Origin: Phoronis australis
Lineage: Eukaryota; Animalia; Phoronida
Assembly (NCBI GenBank): GCA_002633005.1
Contig: NMRA01000404.1
Coordinates: 271,394 to 335,393 of the forward strand
DNA length: 64,000 bases
Direction: 5' to 3'
The stretch's first letter is position 1, and each line of letters begins with the position of its first letter. Positions 50,601 to 64,000 of the stretch are shown here, piece after piece. Below the pieces are notes generated by a model. That model saw only the letters and a program-made list of their open reading frames with translations. It was not told the DNA's origin and ran no database searches. A program made the position numbers and the translations under genes.

Positions 50601-53600
50601 ACTAGTACTGACCTGTTTACGCAATACCCAAAACAGAATGTAAACTGTTCATACCATACACCACAAAAATGTTGTCATTAATATTGCTGAAGGTAAAAGT
50701 TTATTAAAAAGAGTGCGACTTAAATTAAACAAACAACTTAAACATAAACACAATAACTGACAAGAAAGCCATAACACTTTCACCATTTCATCTTGTTTAA
50801 CTAGTCCCCTATTCACTTACCTCAGTGTTTCTTAAAACCGGCTGACAATGTGATCGTCCATACAACAATATCACTCTCACAATATATGGAGGGGGTATGG
50901 TAGAGGGGTCCTCCAACAAGGGGAGAGACACTTTATTGAGACTGCAAGGTATAAACAAGAGTCAGAAATTTAAATAATTATTCTAAATAAAGGAACTCAG
51001 GAGTATTTATGACCTAACTTCATCTATTGGCCACGCATGCAACTAAACTTCAAACGCTAACAAGGAGAAAGGAACTTTCAAATACATCAATGGAGACTAT
51101 TCATGCTGTGGCAAAAAGTGATACAAAAAATTCATAAAACTTTACTGGACTTACTTGTCAAAGCAACGTTTCGGCGACACCTATTGGTGTGTGCCCATCT
51201 TGAGAAAAACTGCGGCAAACTTTGAATACAACCCTGTGCGATGTATATGACAGGTTTGAACATGGTATGACAGGATGAACTTTTGAAAGATTCAAATATC
51301 TTTGCTTAAACACAAAAGTTGGACTGAGATTTAACCCAGGGCAAACATAGGACTGGGTTTAGTTCACAGTTTCTCGCCTTTTGTCTCAAGACTGACACAC
51401 TGCAAGAGACTTCAAAAAGTCAGAAGTGGCCGACAGAACGTGGATTTAAATTCTCAACTAAGTCCAGTGAAGATTTTATAATTTGTCAGTATCAAAGTTC
51501 CAACAGTTTACTGATAGATGTTTAGTGAACTAAACAAGAAACCAATAACTCACATGACGTCAAAAAGAGAAGAAAGGTTAAACTCGTCACAGTCGTCAGT
51601 CTGATCTTCAAGATCATGTAAAAAGTCAACAATTTCACGGGGATCAGACGTGAAGTCCTTCACCTGGATAAACAACATAGAAACACAGACATTAACATGA
51701 CCTTTGTACTCTTCATCGATGGTGCATGAAGACATGTACACGATGAATAACTATATTATTAATCACCGAGTCATTACTCACTCGTTCCAAATGAGAGATG
51801 GCTACAGAAAATCACAGCCCTCTGATCAGCAAACAATACTCTATTAGCGAAAAAGATCAGTGCAATGTTTCGCCAACACACTGAAAATGGTAACGTGCAC
51901 TGTTGCATGACAACTTTCATCCCCTAGAAGATACTGAAACCGTCACACGTACAAACAAACGATAACTCATGAGCTAAACGATAACTCATGAGCTAAACGA
52001 TAACTCATGAGCTAAATGATAACTCAAGAGCTAAACGATAACTCATGAGCTAAACGATAACTCATGAGCTAAACGATAACTCATGAGCTAAACGATAACT
52101 CATGAGCTAAAGGATTACTCATGAGCTAAACGATAACTCATGAGCTAAACAATAACTCATGAGCTAAACGATAACTCATAACTAAAGCTAAACGATAACT
52201 CATGAGCTAAACGATAGCTCATGAGCTAAACTATAACTCATGAGCTAAACGATAACTCATGAGCTAAACGATAACTCATGAGCTAAACTATAACTCATGA
52301 GCTAAACGATAACTCATGAGCTAAACGATAACTCATGAGCTAAACGATAACTCATGAGCTAAACGATAACTCATGAGCTAAACGATAACTCATGAGCTAA
52401 ACGATAACTCATGAGCTAAACGATAACTCATGAGCTAAACGATAACTCATGAGCTAATTGATAACTCATGAGCTAAACGATAAAGGACTGAGTACAAGTA
52501 ACTCATGATTAGGGATATAACTCGATTTATTTATTTATTTATTAATGTAATATTTACAATGAGGGTAGCCCCATCAGTTCGCAGTTAAATCTGGTTAATC
52601 GTCAACTGGGCCATTAGCTTTCAAATCTTAGGAGCCTGGACTAAAATTTGGCGGGTCCAGATTTTCTGAAGGATAGTTTTGGCAATCAAATGTGCGCCTA
52701 ACATAATAGAGTCGCATCTTAAATCTGAATACTAACCTCAATTGACGAGCGTACTTAAGTACATAGTTTTCAATAAACGTAAAAAAGGGTATTTATAAAC
52801 AAAAACGTACAACTTAAGTACGTTCACGGGAATCTTGAAAAAAATATTTAAATTTCATGTGCAATTAAAACAACGATCATTGAACTCGTGAAATACTAAT
52901 CTGGTCATGCCAATACTGTAAATTCTTCATTCTCAAAAATGGTAGTACCGTAGTACAATATAGAAAAAATGTCTCGTTTATTCTGATTTCGGCTTTAATC
53001 GTTTTTTGCCTTTGCGATCCCAGTCATCAAGAGGAAATCACAATTTCATGGAAAAATTTCATTTCCTGTGATAGAATTCTAATGAAATCAATGAAGTGTT
53101 CTGTTGTGCGCTTCACCTTGACAAAAATAATAACATTATTCTCAAAAAAATGGTAGCAGTACATAGTCATAAGCCTAATAAAAACACCGGTCATGCTTTG
53201 TGTAGGTCTACTTGAAGGTGGTACGCCTGCTGCGGACCCACAAACAAACTGGAAGTTGGTCACCCTTTCAGTAAAATATTTCAGTTCCTGCCATACAATT
53301 TTCCTTTAAATAAACAAAATAATGAAACATTGTGACAAGAAAGTCTAAAGCTATTTTTTACTGCAAAATTGGTGCACTTCATGCTGTCAGTGTTACCTGT
53401 CTGTCCTACACATGTGATTAAGTTTCACTAGTGAGGTATGAATGAACTGTTGAAGTGTAGGAAGAGTCAAGACTACACAACAATACTTCAGCATGGATTA
53501 ACCACAAATTGTATGAAAGAGAAGCTAGATCATCTCTTAAGTGAAGGGCTCTCACACGCCAATATTTACAATTATATATTAAATAGTTGGAGCTAAAGCT

Positions 53601-55905
53601 ACACAAGACCCATTGCTGTCTTACCCACACAGCCTCGTGGAGCAGCAACACCAAAGCATACTCATGTCGCTCATCCAAGAAACGCTTTGTTTGGAAGAAA
53701 ATGGGCAAGGCTTGCTTCAGTAATTTCATGGGTGACAAGCGCACACTGAAATGAACAATACATCAATACTTATAAAGGAAATCTCAAACCTCACTCACAA
53801 ACAATTGTCCCTTTTTACAATATTTCACATGCATAGAGAAATACCTAAATCTTCATTCTCGGGAAACTTCAAATACGAAAGATAAACCGTGTAGCAAGAA
53901 AAAGAGACTTAGCAGACCCACCAGGGAAAATCACAACATGTGGAAATTTGTTCACTATGTATCCGAGGTCAAAGGTTACAGGACTGTCACTCAAATCGAT
54001 ATCTAATGCCAGGCACAGAGCAGCTCTGCATGTACCCTCAGTCCTTTAATTTACCCACTCGCCATAATATTAAGTCAATGACGTGTACACATGATAGAAA
54101 AGATGCCGGGGAAAACGAAGACAAAACATATCTTTGAACCCGAGCGAGTTGTGTGTCTCCGTTGCTCACCAATAAGTGCTTTAAATTAAATGTAAAAGCC
54201 ATGAAGATAAAAACAACAATGAATTTAAATCGGCTTGACATGTTTGATGTTTATTAAAAAAACCATCTTCAGAAGCAAAAACAGTGGCAACCTTGAGTGT
54301 ACACACAGACTTATCTGCAACAAAGAAGTCATTTATAAGTTACTCACAGGTACAGTAATTTACTTAAACCTTACCCTGCTCGAGATCGGAATGACTTTTC
54401 ATTCATTTCAGGATGCAAGTCGAGACAAATTATCTACAACATAAAGAAGTTAAAATCAATGCAGGACATTTATTGTGCTAAGTGCTTATAATGAAGTATT
54501 TGTCTATTTCAATAACAAGAATGGTAATTACGTGAAACATTTCTGATGAATAACAGCTGTTAGTGGTTGTCACCATTTTCTGACTTTTGTTAAGTTTTAA
54601 AGGCAAAGACAACCTTTTTTCATGGCATTTTTAGCAAAAATAAGGTTCGTTGATTATCTCAGGCATATTTTTCACTTAATTACAGCTTTTTGTAATTTAA
54701 ACAACTACTCGTCTACTACTCCGGAAGTGACGTTTTGGGAGGCAAGAATTTCATGCCAATTTCTTTTCATATAGACCAACTGTTAGAGCTGCCGAGTCAG
54801 TTATTGCTCTACCTCAGTTGTGATAAGTTCGGTCGCTACTTGCTTTTGTTTATGAGTCAGTCAACATGCCACACTGTTGCTGCATGCTGGGATGTACTCA
54901 TTATCGTCTCACGGACAGAGGAACAACTGTCCCACTTGCCCGAGTGTCCCTCGACACACTCCCACTGGATGGTTACCTTAGCACACAAACTGCTTACATC
55001 CCGTCGTGTGATTCCCTAACCACATACCTGGCACCTTCTAAATAGTTCCAATACTTTATACAAGTCCACAATGAACATATCAATGCTGGGTTCACCGATC
55101 TATTCATTGGACGACGAACTGTCCTCTTCACTCGGTGTTTAACAGGGCCTCTACCACTAATCAACATCGCAGCAGGGCTGCTTACAGGCTCTGGGCGATA
55201 AGGAGTACATCCCGGTATGCAGCAACAGTGTGGCATGTTGACCAACTCGTAAACAAAAGCAAAGGACGACTGAACTTATCACAACCGAGGTAGAACAATG
55301 ACTGACTCGACAGCTCTCACAGTCGGACTATATGAAAAGAAATTGGCGCAAAATTCTTGTCTCCCAAAACATCACTTCCGGAGTAGAGGACGAATTACTA
55401 ATTAAATTGCAAAAAGCAGTAATTAAGTGAAAAATATGACTGGGATAATTAATGAACATTGTTTTTGCTAAAAATAACATGACAAAAGGTTGCCTTCCCC
55501 TTTGAACTGTAAGACTACCAAAAGTACCGATAAGTACTGGGAGTAAGAGATAGAACTAACAATTTTTTCTTGGCAATTGACTTTTGGACAGGCACACTCC
55601 ACCACATGTTCTTCTAAATCTTCAGCGGCAGAAGAGCTATCCTCGGAACAGTTCGATCCCGACACTTCACGTCTTGGTGGATACTGTTCCATATCGTTGG
55701 TTTCCTTTTCTGGAACACCGGTATTGTATTTTTCTTTTTCAATGTTTTTTAAACTTGGTTTCGCTTCATTTTGTATCTGGCTGTCGTCTCTATCATTGGT
55801 GATACTTTGCTCACTCGAAGCAATCGGGTAACCAAAATCAATGCGGTTTAAATTGCTCTGGAATTGGTCCCGAAATTCATCTGACGTCTGCTCGGTGTTT
55901 TCCAT
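47483..55905 (-). CDS. BABAM1: BRISC and BRCA1-A complex member 1 (MERIT40/NBA1), 7 coding exons
   Basis: Exons (minus strand): 55905-55561, 54433-54375, 53745-53625, 51663-51554, 50941-50821, 50401-50315, 47662-47483, all phase-consistent. Motifs PKVNCQEKIIICLDL, FFQTK..D..HEYALV, FTSDPRE, TIPPPYIVRVILLYGRS, FFLDAFYLH, LAQLVAHPLQRP fit the MERIT40 vWA domain. The start could be the upstream in-frame ATG at 55983. Confidence 0.92.
47814..49482. mobile_element. Kolobok-like deletion derivative in the last BABAM1 intron
   Basis: Left ttaa|aggagcatgccaccc and right gggtggcattcgcct|ttaa; CpG-rich interior with a degraded THAP-like ORF (minus, 49061-49321) and a KolX-like YQFE..YSDEE peptide (plus, ~48945-49109). 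Confidence 0.75.
49658..50222. mobile_element. PIF/Harbinger-like MITE
   Basis: Left taa|gggctgttccagtaaaacctgt and right acagattttgctggaacagccc|taa; TAA TSD. Confidence 0.8.
50315..50401 (-). CDS. BABAM1: BABAM1 exon 6
   Basis: HFFLDAFYLHKSPSEDNQCE; cttgcag acceptor, gtgagt donor. Confidence 0.88.
50390..50572. repeat. ~40-bp array spanning the BABAM1 exon 6 acceptor
   Basis: catgttgagagactgcaaggatacacaggggagattatat, ~5 copies, degenerating. Confidence 0.85.
50821..50941 (-). CDS. BABAM1: BABAM1 exon 5
   Basis: DPSTIPPPYIVRVILLYGRSHCQP; cttgcag acceptor, gtaagt donor. Confidence 0.9.
51554..51663 (-). CDS. BABAM1: BABAM1 exon 4
   Basis: VKDFTSDPREIVDFLHDLE...FNLSSLF; atccag acceptor, gtgagt donor. 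Confidence 0.9.
51957..52483. repeat. 19-bp minisatellite, ~28 copies
   Basis: aacgataactcatgagcta with palindromic core ctcatgag; no spacers. Confidence 0.95.
53625..53745 (-). CDS. BABAM1: BABAM1 exon 3
   Basis: FFQTKRFLDERHEYALVLLLHEAVW; tttcag acceptor, gtaaga donor. Confidence 0.9.
54375..54433 (-). CDS. BABAM1: BABAM1 exon 2 (IICLDLHPEMNEKSFRSRAG)
   Basis: ttgtag acceptor, gtaagg donor. Confidence 0.88.
54601..55502. mobile_element. Foldback MITE with ~310-bp inverted arms (Kolobok-like ends) in BABAM1 intron 1
   Basis: 54601-54910 is the diverged reverse complement of ~55195-55502; ends ttaa|agg and cct|ttga. Confidence 0.75.
55561..55905 (-). CDS. BABAM1: BABAM1 exon 1 (acidic N-terminus ... 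CPKVNCQEKI)
   Basis: Lies within the 171-aa ORF; donor gttagt. Confidence 0.85.
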
Positions 55906-55983
55906 TTTTATACCGGACACGGAAATGAACAGTCTAGTCTTAAATCTTTCATTAAATTCCCTAAAACACGCATTTTGCGTCAT

Positions 55984-57140
55984 TTAAAAGCAAAAAATTT
56001 CAATTTATTTTATATTTAAAGCACTAAAGACTGAAAATAAACACTTTAATAATATATTTTGCTTTTATACTTAGGTAGTTGTTTGTTTGGAGGCTAACGC
56101 ACTTGATATCAAAATGGATGCTGCATTACGTTTTCGTGGCTTTCTGGAAAGAAAATTTTGTATTTTATGGTTGGTCCGTTGTGGTACAATGGGCTTCTAG
56201 CCATCCACTAATCTGTTCTTCACTTTTTCGTAAGGTACGATTTTGTATTCGTCCGTGAAATCTGAATTTGTTTTAACCTAACTCCTGAGACTGAGTCCTG
56301 GCTATCTCAGTCAGGAGCCTTTCGCTTTGCTCATTAGATTAAGACAGGTTGCTGCCTGCGCTGCCCCTTCTCGGGGTGGCTGGCAGACGGGTGACCGCCC
56401 CATAGGCCCCTGCACATTGACTGTAGCCGGCATTACTGTGGAAAAAATGAAAGAGTGTTGTTCAAGTTGAAGGATTTACAGACTGCCTCCAAACATGTCC
56501 ATCGAGACTCGAAAGTGCACCTAGTCCTAGTAGTTAACATGAATATAGTTTAGCCAGGGTGGAGGTTGACAGCAATTTAATGAAAATATTCCTGCATACA
56601 CTACAAGATTGATTAAGACTAGGCAACACGTAGCCCCTCGGTTGGCCAGTAGGGCTACAATACTTCCCATTGCTTTCTGTACGAAAATTCGGCCACCGAT
56701 TTTGAGTTTTCACTTCGTCAGAAATACATTCCACACTTAAAACTATCACTTAAAAAAGCGCTTACTTTCTTCGTTGGTCCTTTCTACTTCTATACATATC
56801 TTCGATGAAGCTTAGTCGTGAGAATTAAGGTGACTTTGGCGAAGAATTCCAACTCCACTTTTTTGGTTGCCATTAACTTTTTCACCACGCACGCACGACA
56901 ACCACAAAGTATGTCAACTGAGTCATGCGAGTTAGGCAAAGGTTAGCGCGAGACTGAGCATGAGAAGGTATCAGGTGAAATTTGTACGATGTGTGTCCCT
57001 TTGACTTTTTATTCGTCAACATGCGTGATTTCACGTAACTTCCTCAAAATGGCACCTAGTAAGAGAAACTCAGGCAAACTGCGACAGATTTTCATCGACT
57101 TGTTCAAATTATCTTGACTGAATCGTTTCCAGACTTATGG
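55984..57140. promoter_or_regulatory. Putative divergent promoter region BABAM1/TMEM259
   Basis: Head-to-head genes; CpG-retaining region; YY1-like caaaatggc near 57045; candidate 5' UTR donor g|gtatga near 57140. Confidence 0.5.
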
Positions 57141-57348
57141 TATGAGTTGTTTATAACTCCATGTGCATATATGCATGTTTCATTTGATTTTATTTCCTGT
57201 AAATGAAATGAGTAACTTTTTGTGGGAATGTACTATCGCCCCTGCATCAGGGCAATGTAATTGTCTAGATTAGGATATGTTGCCACTTTGGTACACTCGG
57301 ATTGAGGCTGAGTAAACTAATAAGAACACAGTTTAGCCTGCTGTAAGC

Positions 57349-57405
57349 AGTGCCATTCACAGGCGTCCTCAACTTCTGACCGTCCCCAACACACTATATA
57401 GTATG

Positions 57406-57442
<37 letters not shown>

Positions 57443-57485
57443 TATTGGCGACGATCAGAAGCTGACAACGCCTGTGAGTGGCACT
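57349..57485. mobile_element. Small palindromic element with a (TA)n centre
   Basis: agtgccattcacaggcgt...acgcctgtgagtggcact, ~50-bp arms around a TA microsatellite. Confidence 0.65.
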
Positions 57486-58141
57486 AAGGCCCGTAGATCT
57501 GAATTTTCTTAGGACATTCGATCAATTCCAAATTGAATGAGTTATGTCAAACATGTTGGTGGTGTGGCTGTGACGCTATAGTTGGGCAATATTTTAGCTC
57601 TTGCAAATACATTTGTTTACTAAAGGAAAAGTGTATTTTTAACGAAATTACACAAATCAATCTTAATCTGTGTATTTATACAATATTGGGCTAAGGCTAG
57701 CTCAGGATTAGCCAGTGGCACACCATCATGTAGGTGATGGCACATCCCAATACAGCCGGTATACTGGAAGATTGTTCGTACTGGCTTCAGTGGCGAAGTT
57801 GAGTTACTATGCGTACGTTTTGAGCGTAAATAAACACCTAACTTGTAAGCAGTCGGAGTTTTTAAATCACTCCAACTCATACAAACTATACCTCCTCAAT
57901 CAACATGTTAAAATTCTTAGTAGTCCCTCATTTGGTCAAGGAAATAATGAACTGAGGTCAGGCATTTCTGTTTTGATCGTGCATGTCTATAGCATGCAAT
58001 TTATTCACCACATTTAGGCTGACCTCCATGATCTTGGCATGTCAAATTTTATCCCAATTGCAGCCCCTTCGGATGAAAAAGTATAGATGCTCATGTGTAG
58101 TGTTATATCTCTCCTTGCTCTTGTTTCTGTACTTGATGTGA

Positions 58142-63879
<5,738 letters not shown>

Positions 63880-63918
63880 GTATGTACATTCATTTACATG
63901 TTACTCTTGATTGATAGA

Positions 63919-64000
63919 ACTCTGTAGGTGATCGGTCATTACTCTGTAGGTGATCGGTCATTAGTCTGTAGGTGGTCAGTCATTAATCTGTAGGTGATCG
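63919..64000. repeat. 22-bp tandem repeat running off the window end
   Basis: actctgtaggtgatcggtcatt. Confidence 0.85.

Noticed and set aside
51957-52483. CRISPR-like array
   Set aside because: Head-to-tail units with no unique spacers, no cas genes, and a eukaryotic intron context; the same applies to 63043-63428 and 730-1125.

Overview
AT-rich, intron-rich eukaryotic genomic DNA, apparently from an invertebrate animal; nothing here is prokaryotic and there is no CRISPR array. Manual GT-AG splicing with phase checks gives four conserved genes: (1) a complete SARA/ZFYVE9-ZFYVE16 family FYVE-domain gene (+, 165-18464, 17 coding exons); (2) an EFCAB14-like type II membrane EF-hand gene (+, 23846-44793) that appears to have two alternative, paralogous N-terminal modules (cytosolic tail + TM) and a large acidic, His/Gly-rich cassette exon; (3) BABAM1/MERIT40 (-, 47483-55905, 7 exons); (4) the 5' part of membralin/TMEM259 (+, 58166 to beyond the window end), head-to-head with BABAM1. 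Introns contain non-autonomous DNA transposons (Kolobok-like with TTAA TSD, Harbinger-like with TAA TSD, P-like with 7-bp TSD) and many minisatellites, which often overlap or abut splice sites. One N gap and one probable haplotype-overlap misjoin are present. Gene names come from recalled family motifs, not database searches.
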